This document shows, one piece after another, positions 29,351 through 44,418 of a stretch of DNA of 64,000 bases. Positions within the stretch are counted from its first letter, which is position 1; every line of letters starts with the position of its first letter. Source of the stretch: the human T2T-CHM13v2.0 reference genome, Homo sapiens; the NCBI RefSeq assembly GCF_009914755.1, contig NC_060928.1. The stretch is one strand, 5' to 3'. The notes below the pieces were generated by a model. That model saw only the letters and a program-made list of their open reading frames with translations, was not told where the DNA came from and made no database searches. Position numbers and translations under genes: made by a program.

Positions 29351-29482
29351 AATATACCTTAAATGTCTTTATATTGCTTCTCATCCAAATAATAATTGAG
29401 CCTGAACGTGGTAAACTGTTTCAAGCTCTGTAAGAACCATACTTTTCTTCATTTATGCCATACGTTTGGTAGTGTCTTAATA

Positions 29483-29562
29483 TTAACTTGGTGCAAAAGT
29501 AATTGCGGTTTTTGCCATTAAAAGTAACAACAAAAACTGCAATTACTTTTGCACCAGCCTAA
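29483..29562. mobile_element. MADE1 (Hsmar1 MITE), 80 bp
   Basis: Two near-complementary terminal inverted repeats; TA TSD at 29481-29482 and 29563-29564. Confidence 0.95.
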
Positions 29563-31044
29563 TACTTCTGTTCAGAGTAGTACATTGAGAAGTACCATTT
29601 AAATGTATTTCATTCAGAGTATTCACATTTGTGCTTCACAGACACCTTCAAGTCTTAGAGTGGGCACACTTTCTCTCTCTGTATCTGTTTTGTTCTTTGT
29701 GTCTTGTCTCTGCATTTGCCCTCTATGTTTTACATGGGTTTTTCAAATTTGTCATTCTGCATAATTTTCTTAATTCTCTGCAGTGTCCATTCTTTCACTG
29801 TACCAAAAGAAGATTTGCATTATACTATTATAGTATTTTCTTATTTCAGCCAATGTTCTTCATATCTCTGTATTTAATTCAGCCTTTTTCTTTCATAGGG
29901 ATGCCTGCTCCTGCTTTTTAGAGGCTCCTAGGTCTTTGTCAGGAAATAGTGTCTTGGAAAATTCTTATATAATTTTGAAGAAAAGAATTTTCAGAGCCAT
30001 AAACTCCCTCTTAGTCTTTAAGGAACTCTCTCCTTCTCTAACCATCCCCTCGCCAATGTTTTCCTTCTCATATATTAGTAGGCTCCATTGTTTATTTCCT
30101 GGATGCACTGCCTGACTGGGGAAGAACTGTTTAGGATTGCATTTTTCTACAAAGTGTGGTCTCCTTAGTTCCCTTTTTCTGTTCATTTGGGCTCAGGCAA
30201 CTTTTCTCTTTCACATCTAAACCTGAAAGCCAGGATGTAGCCTTTTACTTTTATTCTGTTGGCATTCATCAGATGTGACTGTGCCAGTACTAAATGGAAT
30301 CTTGTGCTTTCAGTTGTGCTAAGGAGCCAATTGAAGTTCTTCGAACAGTTTCATACGTGAACGAGTATACCCATTTCAGCACTCCCAGCTCTCCTGTGTC
30401 TAATTTAGTTTTTTTTTCAAATACAAAACATCCTAGGATACTAATTTAGTACTCATCTCTACTTTATACTAGTGGAATAGAAAAATAAAAAAGGAAAAAC
30501 TTGATAGAAGTGATATAAGGAGAGGACAGGACTCTGACTACTTCTGAAAATAACAATTTTTTTTAAGGTTTCAGACACTATTCTGTCATTAGGTGTACAA
30601 AGGGGAAATGAGCCAGAGACTTTTTTTTTTGGTGCACGTGTGTGTGTTTGTGTGTGTGTGTGAATATCTTTTGGTTCTGAGTCAGATGATATGGTATAGA
30701 GACTGGTAATTTGCTTTTCAATCTGTCCTCACTGACAATGCATTTAGAGGAAATTGCCTGGAAAATTTGGTACATCTTTTTTCTTTTTCTTTGCTATTGT
30801 CAGTTTTTGTCTCTTTTTTATCTTCATGGATATTTTATGGGAGACAGCAGACCAGACATCTAATCTGTATTCCTGTTTCTCATTAAATCTCATTTGATTT
30901 TGAAGAATTGTACTAGTAGTGTTTGTGAAAATAAAAAACATTAGTAAATTTAACAGAAATATGTTTGTATTTTTATTGCAAAAGACAATTAAACAGAGAT
31001 AGCTCCTGTTCCCATAGCCCAGGCTCAGTTTCAGGAGCACAGTC

Positions 31045-31275
31045 TCTGTAGCACAGTGATTAATAGCATAGACTTTGAAGTCAAACAGACCTGGATCTAA
31101 ATGTAGGTAATAGTACTTTCTGTAACACTGGGCTACTTGCTCAATCAGACTGAGCCTCAATTTTTTCATATGTAAAATGGAGATAATAGTATCTACCATA
31201 TAGGGTTGTCGTGAGGAATGCACTTAGTATTGTATTTGGCGTATCATAAATATTCAATGGATGGCAGCCAGAACT
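31045..31275 (+). mobile_element. MIR
   Basis: 'ctgagcctcaatttttttcatatgtaaaatggagataatagta'-type core. Confidence 0.85.
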
Positions 31276-32341
31276 GATTATTACAAGTATGATAGGAGAT
31301 AATTTCTTTGAATTTCTTGAGTGCATGTGAAATTCCTAAGGCTGGTAAACAAGATGGTCTTATTGAATACTTTTAGAAAATTATATTTATGATAAAGATA
31401 TATGCCATTGTATGCACTCACATGTAATTATTTTAACAATATACCATAAATAATTTTCCTGTCGTATTCACCTTACCCATATAAGTTAGCATGCAAACAT
31501 GTTCCTAGGCAAATTGTATAGGAACTGATTACAGGTATTTAGTTATTCGCATATGTAAGTGGCAATTAGAGTACATTTTTAAAATAAAATTATTAACCTG
31601 CTTTCCCTAGAAGCACAATATGATAATGGTCTCTTAAGAAAACAGAAAGTCTCCCACACAGGAAAGATACAAAAAGTCCTCAACAAAAATACTAAACAAT
31701 TTTGCGCTAGTCATGTGGCGTTCCCTTGAATACTAGCCAAGGAAGACAGGCCACTGGAATGCATCAATGGAATAGTCCAGCAGATGCTTGGCTCACAGTT
31801 GTTGAGTTCCAAGGTCTTAAGGCTTTGTCCTGCCACAGAAAGGTAGGCATTATTGATCAAAGAACATGATTTGCATTAAAACTGGCATAATGCTGAAAAG
31901 GGAATATACATACATTATTGGTAACTTTACCAAATCATTTCATGTGCCAACAAAATTTCTAACCATATCCACTTAGAAACAATTCTTGATTTACAGGAAT
32001 TAAAGACATAGTTTATAGCTTATGTAGCTATTTTTTTGCTTATCCTTATTTTTTATCTCCCTCTGCTGCCTATTTCCTTTCAGTTTCACTGTTTGAAATT
32101 TTACTCTTTCTTCTAACTACTCATATAAGAGATTTTTATAAAGTAAAATTTGAAACGATCGTTTATAACAAGGTCTTGAAATATGTGAATTTCATTTGTT
32201 TTAAACTATTATCCTTATAAAATTGACACAGTATATTTGAAAACATATCCATCTTTGAATAGTGTATCTAAAAAGAGAGAAGGAGGAGGAGAAAAAAGTT
32301 GAGCAAATGCTAGGTTGTAAAATAGACATGGACCGTCAATT

Positions 32342-32574
32342 ATTTTTTCTGTTGTAGGAAATTGTTGCCTTTTAAATTTTATTATTTTATTATTTCAAGT
32401 TCTGGGGTACATGTGCAGAATGTGCAGGTTTGTTACATAGGTAAAGGTGTGCCATGGTGGTTTGCTGCACCTATCAACCCATCACCTAGGTATTAAGTCC
32501 AGCGTGTATTAGCTCTTTTCCCTAATGCTCTCCCCTCTAACCCCCGCCCTGCCCTGACAGGCCCTGGTGTGTGT
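32342..32574 (-). mobile_element. Short L1PA 3' end with extra non-L1 sequence beyond its tail
   Basis: L1 3' UTR antisense; TSD TGGACC(G/A)TCAATT at 32329-32341 and 32575-32587. Confidence 0.9.
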
Positions 32575-32944
32575 TGGACCATCAATTTAAAAAGACCAGT
32601 TGGTTCAGAGAAAAGAATACTTACACTGTAAGGACATTCAGATACAATGGAAGGAGAACTGCACAATTCACATGTAGGTCAATACAGATGTATGTCTTTA
32701 AGAAGTTCTAACTCACTTGCTAGATGTGTGGCTTTAGGCAAGTTCTTTTTTAACATCCTTGAATTTCAGCATGGTTAATTGTGAAATGTGATATAAATAT
32801 GAACTCCATTGTGTTTCCTTCTAATCAGGAGTGTGAGAAAATGCAGGGGTTTAAAGTTTAAAACAGCACAGGAAATGAGACTTGCTTGGAGAAATTAAAT
32901 ATAGCGTCTTGAAGAATAGAGGACATTCTGAGTGAAGGTCAAGG

Positions 32945-33640
32945 CAGCATAATATAATGGATGTGAGCATGAACTCTGGAGCCAGACTGCCTGGATTTGA
33001 ATCCCATCTCTACCACTTATCTGGTATGTTATCTTGAACAAGTTACTCACCTTTCTGTTCCTCAGTAGCCTCTTCTATAATATAGCCATGATAATTGTGT
33101 TAGGCTGTTTTTGCATTGTTGTAGAGGAATATGGCAGTCTGGGTAATTTATATGGAAAAGAGGTTTAATTGGGTCACAGTTCTGCAGGCTGTACAGGAAG
33201 CATGGTACCAGCATCTGCTCCTGGTGAGGGCCTCAAGAAACTTACAATCACGGTAGAAGGTAAAGTGGGTGCAGTTGTGTCATATGGCAAGAGTGGAAGA
33301 AAGAGAGAGTGGGGGAGATGCCATACTCTTTTAAACAGCCATATCTCACACAAACTAACAGAGTGAGAACTCAGCCATTACATGAGGATTGCACCAAGAC
33401 ATTCATAAGGGATCCACCCCTATGACCCTAACACTTGCCACCAGGCCCCACCTCCAACACTGGGGGTTACAATTCAACATGAGATGTGAAGGGTACAAAC
33501 ATCCAAACCGTACCACTAATGGTAGTGTGTTACTTTACTTATTAAGTTTATATACTTACTTTATAGTGTTGTCATAAAGATTAAATAAGCTAATCCGCGT
33601 ACAATGCTTAGCATCTGGCATATACTGCATGCTATGAAAA
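32945..33640 (+). mobile_element. MIR split by an MST LTR
   Basis: 'ctctggagccagactgcctggatttgaatccc' before and 'gattaaataagctaat...caatgcttagca' after. Confidence 0.8.
33096..33515 (-). mobile_element. MSTA/B-like MaLR solo LTR
   Basis: 'tgtgttaggctgtttttgcattg' to 'catccaaaccgtacca'. Confidence 0.88.
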
Positions 33641-33672
33641 TAAATATATTTTGAGGAGAGATAAATCAACTC

Positions 33673-34887
<1,215 letters not shown>

Positions 34888-35419
34888 TCAAAATCAACTC
34901 TTAAACAAATAGTCTTGATGACAGTTTTATGTTAAGGGCTTATACTTCATACATGAGTGCTTATTATGTGAGTGTTTATTACTCTAATGTGAATATTATG
35001 TAGTTTGAAGAATAAAATTAAAATTTTCTGTTTTCAATTTGCATATAGGATTTTTAAAAAATAAAGTGAATAACGGCAAATTGACAGTAGTGGTTCCTAG
35101 GGTATACTACTGTTGAATCTTTGCCCTAATCATAGGACATCTAGATTGTTTTAGCAACCCACCTGAATTTGAATGGCCACAAACTTCCCTAAAGTCCCAG
35201 AGATGGATACTAGTGCAAAAGATATTTGGAGAAAGAAGCTGTTGGTTCCCCCAAAGTAGCACTAAAAGCATTCAGGAAGTATTAAAAATGGCTGCACCCA
35301 GTTCTACAAGAGAAAGCTGTATAGGAAAGTGTCATGTCTAGCTTTAGCTCCTACTGTGTCTGAAGAATTCTTGGGGGTGGATGGGAGATATCACTGCAGC
35401 ATAGTATTTTGATAGGCTG

Positions 35420-35750
35420 GATTATTCTCAATTGTTTGTTCTCTGTGACACTTTGGCCAATGATATGTGAGTGTATATCAGCTGTCCCATCCAACATTAG
35501 CTTCAATGCACCTGGGTGCTTCTTAGGACTCCTGCCTCCTGCCCTTTACCATGAGAACAGCAGGTCTCAGATAGTGGCTACTCCTTCAACCTAGGTTTTG
35601 GAATGAGAAGACACAAGAGGTCTGATGAGCCCAGCTGAGTTCACAGGACCCAGCCTAGTCCCACAGTCTTTGAGTAACAAAAGGTATTAATGGGTGCTTG
35701 TTGTAAGCTGCTGAGCTATTACGCTGTTTGTTCTGCAGCAAAAGCTATCA
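35420..35750 (+). mobile_element. Old MLT1-type LTR fragment
   Basis: 'ctttggccaatgatatgtgag...ttgtaagctgctgag...tttgttctgcagca'. Confidence 0.65.
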
Positions 35751-36644
35751 TGCACCGTATTACTTAGTATAGATTCTTCAATTTCCCTTCTTGAGGACAT
35801 AGCCAAAGTGGTCAAGGGAAATTTGTAGTGCTGAAAAAGCACTTTGGCACATTAGTCTAATTTAAATGTCCTTAGTGTCATCATTAGAGTACCTTCATCT
35901 TTATCTTGTAAAGACAGTAAATCTTCAGAGTTTGTAAGTAAGTATTCTATTTTTTTGCTTATGTTTTTGAGAAATTAGTAATAGCTTTGAGGAACAAGGG
36001 CATATTGTCTTTCTTTAGTGCTATTACAAAGTACCACATACATTGGTGGCACTACTTGAATTGTTACAGTTTACTTAAAGTAAGTGAAATGATAATAATA
36101 CTCTGACATTACATTTCCAGACCTGCATTTGTCTAAAGCAGTCAAAGAACTCTTGAAACTCTGCCTCAGGATTCTTACAATTTTACAAGCAGTGAAGTAG
36201 CTCTAATTATTGTTACAACGTTTATTAATAATACGAATAATCATTGTGCAATGTTCACAAGGTGGAAATATGTAAACAATAACTTTGGAAAATAAAATGC
36301 CTGGGTGTTTGAGATTACATAACAAGTTATCAATGGCCATTTAAATTTGAAATAATTTCTGTGATAAATTCCTACATATGGTATACTATTTTGGGACTAT
36401 GACTATAAAAAGTTCTGCTTTTTAGTGTAATAGAGCAGGAACAAGCTAGATAAGTAATGTCAAATATAAGACGAAGCATCTGTTTTCACCACTAGTATGA
36501 ATATTCTGACAGATTTTCCTATCTTACGATTTCTTTATTTTCCATATAAAGTGATATAATTGCTGCAAACTTGGCTTTAGGATTCAAAATTTGACTTCTT
36601 AGTGACTCCAAATGACCCCCCGTGATTAGTTTTTAGTCTCCATC

Positions 36645-37366
<722 letters not shown>

Positions 37367-38644
37367 TAGTGACATTTGAAAACAATAAATTGCTCTTTCC
37401 TTGAAATATTTCACTTAGCTTCTGGGGCACTTCACTCTCCTAATTTTCCTTTTACCTCTGTGACAGCTCCTATTTAGTCTCCTTGATGGCTTTTCTCCTC
37501 TTTCTCCGGTCTAAATGTTGGAGAGCCCCAGGGCTCAGGACTAGGCCTGTTGCTCTTCTCCATATACAAGCTTTCTCTGATTTTCTCAACCAAGGCTTTC
37601 ATAATGGTTTATACATTGACAACTCCCAAAGTAGCCTCTCCAGGCTTGGCTTCTCCTCTGAGCTATAGGCTGCATATCCAGCTTTCTACTTGATATACTA
37701 CTTATCAGTCTGATGGGTGTTTCTAACAGAACTCTTGATTTTCTGTACACATCTGCTGCTCTCTCAGTCTTTCCCATCACTGGGACACTAACATTTAATT
37801 TATTATCTGTGCCACAAACTTAAAAATTATCTTTAATTCCTCTCTTTCCCTCATATCTCACATCAATCTATGATCTTTAAACTATATCCTGAATCCAGTC
37901 AGTTCTTAATCCTTTCACTGCTACCACCCTGATCCAAGCTGACATCATCTCTCCTTTTTATTAGTACAACAAGCCTCTTAACTTCTCCTCCTTGCTTCCA
38001 CGTGTGCCTCCGTTCAGCCAGTTCTCTAGAACATCAGTTGGAGTGATCTTTTTAAAATAAAATCTTAAAATCTTTATTTTGTTATTTCATTAAGAAAATA
38101 AAAATTTCCTGCAATACTTTGCATGGCTCTGACTACCTCCAACTGCATCTCCTACTCTGTGTTGCTCCATGAACTTTAGCCATGCCATTCTCACTGGTCT
38201 TTGAACATTTCATACTTGTCCCTGCCTGAGGGTCTTCATGCCTGCTCTTCGTGACCTCTGTAATGTGTTTTCTCGGACCCCCAGGTTGCTTTCTAGCTTC
38301 GTTCAGCGCTGCTTAAACAGCACATTTTCCCAGAGGCCCTCCTTCATAATCACATCCTAGTCTTCAGTACTCTTCTCTAGCCTCTTCTCCTGCTTTATTT
38401 TGTTGTATTATGTATTCCTTTTTTATTGACTATTATCGCTCACACTAATATGTAAGGTCTATGTGAGAAATTTGTCTTATGAGAATTGGTCTGTTCACTG
38501 ACATGTCTCAATGAATAATGCTGAGCAGAGTTTAGATGCTCAATATAGACTTGTTGAATGAGTATGTGCATGAAGTTTTTCACATTTGGCATATAAACAT
38601 TGTTATATCGTCTTTGCAGATTGTAGATTTTATAATTTAAAAAC

Positions 38645-38943
38645 TATTATTACTATTACTTGAGAAAGAGTTTTTCTCCGCTGCCCAGGCTGGAGTACAG
38701 TGGCGTGATCTCTGCTCATTGCAACCTCTACTTCCCAGGTTCAAACAATTCTCATTCCTCAGCCTCCTGAGTAGCTGAGATTGCAGGCATGCACTACCAT
38801 GCCCGGTTAATTTTTGTATTTTTAGTAGAGATGGGGTTTCACCTTGTTGGCCAAGCTGGTCTCAAATGCCTGACCTCAGGTGATCCACCCACCTTGGCCT
38901 CCCAAAGTGCTGGGATTACAGGCGTGAGCCACTGTGCCCAGCC
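38645..38943 (-). mobile_element. Alu (AluS-like)
   Basis: Full dimer, antisense. Confidence 0.95.
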
Positions 38944-39079
38944 TAAAAAATAATTTGTTCCAAATTAATGTCTGGCCTTACATTCTTGCTTATTTGGTAT
39001 TCATACTGCTCTTCCTATTTTCTTTTGTTTGCATTACACCACTGTATCTTTGTGCATCCATTTTTATGTATTAATTTTT

Positions 39080-40695
39080 ATTCATAGTGTTATCCCCTGT
39101 TTCATTCCTGACTTGGTAATCTGTGTCTTCTTTCTTCTTTCATTGTCAGTATATCTAGAATTTTGTCAGTTTTATTGATCTTTTTAAAGAAACATCTTTT
39201 AATTTAGTTGATTTTTACTTGTGTTTATGTTTTCAATTTTACTGATTTTCACTCTTATCTTTATTATGCACTTCCTTCTCCTTGCTTTAGGTTTATCTTG
39301 TTCTTTGTTAAAGTAGGAGCTCAAAAAATAAAAAAAATCATTGATTTTTTCTGTTTTCTAATGTATACGTTCAGTGCTGTAGAGTTTCTTCTCAGCACTA
39401 CTTTACCTGTGTCCCACAAACTTTGATATCTCATACTTTCATTCAGTTCAGTGTATTTTTAAAATTTCCTCTGAGACTTTCTGTTTGACCCATGCATTAT
39501 TTAGAATGTGTAACTTAGCTTCCAAGTGTTTGGAAATTTTTGGTATTTTTCTCTTATTAATTTCTATTGTGGCTGGAGAATACACTGTAAGATTTCAATT
39601 CTTTTAATTTTCTGAGATTTGCTTTATGCCCAAGATGTGGCCCATCTTGGTATATATTCTTTGGGCATTTGAAAGAATGTGTATTCTGCTGTTGTTGGAT
39701 GGAGTGTTTTATAAATGTTGATTACGTAGTTAGGGTTGATGCTGTTGTTAAGTTCTATATCTCTGCTGAGTTTTTGTCTAGTTGTTTTATCCATTATTGG
39801 GAGAGAGGGATGATGAAATCTCCAGATTTATTTGTTTCTCTTTTCAGTTTTGTCAGCTTATGCTTTACCTATTTTGCAGCTCTGTTGTTTGGTACATACA
39901 TATCTGGAATTGCTATCCTTCTCAGTGAATTGACCTTTTTATCATGATATAGTCCTCTCTATCTCTGGTAATTTTCTTAATTCAGTAGTTCACATTTTTG
40001 ATATTAATATAACCACTCCTGCTTTCCTCTTAATAATGTTTGTATAATATATCCTTTTCCATCTACCCTTTTGCTTTCAACCTACATCATTGTTTTTCAA
40101 GTGAGTTTCTTATATACAGCACATAGTTGAGTTATATTTTCTAATACATTTTACCAATCTCTTTCTTTTAATTTGTGTATTTAGACCATTTACGTTTAAT
40201 TTAATTATGAATATGTCAAGGTTTACATCTGCCACTTTGTTTTTTGCTTTCGGTTTTTTTTTTTGTATGGCTTACTTGAACATTTAAAGTTTTTAAATTT
40301 TGATTTATATGTAGTGTTTTTGAGTGTACCTCTTTGTATAGTTTTCTTTATTGTTGTCCTAGGTATGACAACATCTGTACATAACTTATCACAGTTCACT
40401 GGTGTTGCCATTTTACCACTTTAAATGAAGTATAGAAAAGTTAACTCCTTTTAGTCTTCCTGTTTATAGAGTAATTGTCTTCTCTCAATGCATTTAGAAC
40501 CACAGTTCTAGAGTTAAACTGTGTCTTATATTTTGTTTTAATCATCATACATAACTTAGAATTCTCAAAGGAATAAGAAAAGTTTATTGTATTTACCTAT
40601 ATTTTTGCTTATCATGCTTTTTCTTTTTTCCCTTGTTCCAAGTTTCCTTCTTTAGTCATTTTCTTTCTGTTTAGAGAATTTTCTTTAGCCATTGT
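39080..40695 (-). mobile_element. Old L1M fragment (ORF2 N-terminal / inter-ORF region)
   Basis: 'tttgaaagaatgtgtattctgctgttgttggatggagtg' and 'gtgagtttcttatatacagcacatagttg'. Confidence 0.85.
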
Positions 40696-41509
40696 TGATA
40701 TAAGTGATATAAAAATATCAGAAGAGACCAACTAGGAATTTGTATCCTATTTAAATCTTGTTTAAACTTAACACCTTAAAAAACCTTAAGTGCAATATAT
40801 CTATTTGGAAGGTCTGGGTTTGGCCATCAAATCCTATAAACAGAAGAGCTTCTAAGACACTTCCTTATAGTATTTATTTAGTGAGGAAGATCACATAAAA
40901 TCAAGTCTACCGGACATCGAAGCTTGCTTAGCTGAGATTTATAAAATCAATTCAATTTTCTTGAACTTTTATATTTTAGGGAAATTTCTGACTGGGTTAG
41001 CAATTTTTCTGTATATTGTGAAGCTGATAAAAAATTAAAATACTCAGGTGAAATTAAAGTTCTAAGGAAGATTTTCTGTCCCTACTTTTATAGGTAGGTT
41101 CTCTTTCTTATAAATCTATCAACTTTTTTTAGCATGTCCTAAGTATTTACTCATTCATTATCTATTTACTCATTCATTATTTGGTAAGTAACTTCAATGT
41201 GCTAAGAACGGTTCTAAGATTTGGGGGAAGATCTGTGAACAAAATCGACCAATTTCCTGCCTTTTTGGAATGTTCATTTTTTTAAGGATAACCCACAGTA
41301 ATTTAAAAGTAAGCAAATAGACATGGAAAATAATGTCAGTTTATTTGCCAAGAACCCAGAGTGTAACTAACCTCATTATTAGAGAATGATAACCTTCTAC
41401 TTCAAATTATATAATTATTAGACATCCTCTTTAAAAGGTATTTCAGGTATCATTTTGATAAATCACAAAGCTTATTTTTATTTTAAGATGATAACTCTAT
41501 GAGAGTTAT

Positions 41510-41680
41510 TACTCAGACTGACTGCATCAGATTTTTCTGGAGGTTTCCATTAAACATATAGATTCTTGGATTCCACTCAAGGTGGATTAAATCATAATCT
41601 TCAGGGCTGAGGGCTGAGTATGTGTGCCTCTGAGTGTTTTCCCCGGGTCGCTGGATATGCAGCCAGGATAGGAATCACTG
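41510..41680. mobile_element. MER5-like hAT MITE
   Basis: 'gattcttggattccactc...ggatatgcagccagg'. Confidence 0.55.
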
Positions 41681-42334
41681 CAGCTACATTAGAAACAAAA
41701 AGGACTTTAGACACACTTATTCTCTTTATTATTAGCACATGGAGAAATTGATTAGGAGTAGAACATAATTTGTGGCTTCCCTCATCCTTCATCTCTCTAT
41801 CTGCAGGCAAAGGTGAGAACAAGCTTCATGACCTCAATATAGAACTTCAGTTACCAGACCTCCTACAGTGCCTCAATACTACTTTGAAGGTCAGAATCAG
41901 GCAGAACTGTGTCTTGATGGAATAGGTAGCAATTTACAGTTAAGCACCACAGTGATGTGATTTGTTCTTATAACCACCTAAACTGGATGTATAATGATTT
42001 CAGTCTAAGATGAGCTGTGTATGTGCCCCATACAATATAGAATAAAAGATTATCAGTCTTTTATATACATGGCATGGTTATATTGTCACAAACTATATTG
42101 GCCTTAGTAGAAAAAAAATAGACCAAAATTTCAAAAAGGATGAGAAAATTTTTGACTGAAGTTCCTCAATTTTTAGAAAGACCCTGACAATTATCCTGCA
42201 TGTAGCAAGTAACATTGTTAATTACCTAGCGAATTGTTTGTCATCAGAAAATCCCAGAGGATACATTAGGAAGTTACACTGCTCAAGGTTAAAGATTTTG
42301 TGAAGGATTTATTTATTGTGGTTATGCTCTGCGG

Positions 42335-42514
42335 CGGTGTTTTGCAAACCTACCTTCAACTTGAAAACTCAGCCAAGGAACTCAAAAAAATTTGATATCC
42401 AGGTCCCACCTCCAGATGCTCTGAATTAAATTGGTCTAAGGTGGGATTTAGGCATTCAATTTTTTAAAAAGTTTCCTCGGTGATTCTACTATGCAGCCCA
42501 AGTAGAGAATTACA
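42335..42514. mobile_element. MER5-like hAT MITE
   Basis: 'ccaggtcccacctccagatgctctgaattaaattggtct...ggtgattctactatgcagcc'. Confidence 0.75.
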
Positions 42515-43545
42515 GCCCTGTGGCTTAGAAATTTGGTGCCTAAATTTTCCTATATTGTCATACAGGCACAAGCCCCATTTGTTCTTAGGCCCATATGTTT
42601 TACTCAATTTTCACACTTAAGCAGAAACATGGAATGCATTGGTCATAACCAAGTACTTGTCAGGGGATGTACTTTTGAGCTCATGATCATTCAACACCCA
42701 CTAGAACTTAAGTTAGAAAACCATTATTAAACATAGTCCAATAAAAGTTCATTGGGTTTTAGGTAAGTCAAAAAGTGAGAATCATGAGTAGTGTTACACA
42801 GTCAATAACCACTAGGACCTCGGTATTAACCAACAGCAGAACTTCTTAGTTATTGTAAACTCTCTTATCTTTCTAATTTAATTTTATATATTATCTTGCA
42901 CAATTGTAAAATTCATATATCTCTATCTCTCTCTCACCTACCCACGCACTTAGATTATTAGCTATCGAAAGAAGAAACTATGTCTTTTATGTCTCTATAT
43001 CTTTTATTTCTCTTGTATTTCATCAGAATAGAAACAGTGCCAAGAATCTAATAAATGTTTGATAAATATTTTTAAAAGAAATAATAAATGAATAAATGAA
43101 CAATTGATCCTTGTATCTCAGATGACAGAATGTAATTATATGTCCTTAGAATTGTAAATATCCTAAGACAATGTGTTAAGAATGTTAAGTACAAAAATAA
43201 AAGCAAGGATGGTAAGTTGTGTTAAAAATAAACAAACAAAATAAATCCCACTAGTAATATCTGCTATGGTTTAAATGTTCCTCGCAAAAAGTATGTGTTG
43301 GGCCTAATGGGAGATGTTTAGGTCATGAGGGCTCTAACCTCATGAAGGGATTAAAGTCAATTGTAAAAGGTCTTGATGCTGTCAGTTCACACTCTTGCTC
43401 TCACTTACCCTCTCTTTGCATCTCTGCCATGGGATAATGCAGCAAGAAGGCTCTCACCAGATGCCAGCCCCTTGATCTTGGCCTTCTCAGCCTCCAAAAC
43501 CATGAGCCAAATACATATCTGTTCATTATAAATTACTCAGTCTCT

Positions 43546-43845
<300 letters not shown>

Positions 43846-44106
43846 AAATTACTCAGTCTCAGATACTCTGTTTTAGCAGCGCAAAGCAGACTAAGAAAGT
43901 TGCTTCTGAGAAGCGCGGCTGTTGCTATACCAAATAACTGAAAATGTGGAAATTAATTTGGAATTGGGTAATGGATAAAGGTTGGAAGAGAAGGCTAGAA
44001 AAAACCCAGAAAGCTGGAAAAATTTGGAAGAGCAAGCTAGAAAACTGCAGTGAATGAATGTTTAGGGTCATTCTGGTGAGGGCTCAGAAGAAGAGAATAT
44101 TTGTAG

Positions 44107-44418
<312 letters not shown>

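Noticed and set aside
30744-31223. 159-aa minus-strand ORF
   Set aside because: N-terminal half is MIR-derived and the rest is AT-rich sequence with no recognisable domain.
41144-41181. 20-bp-period tandem duplication 'tatttactcattcattat'
   Set aside because: Lies in the slippage-prone (CATT)n tail of an L2 fragment.
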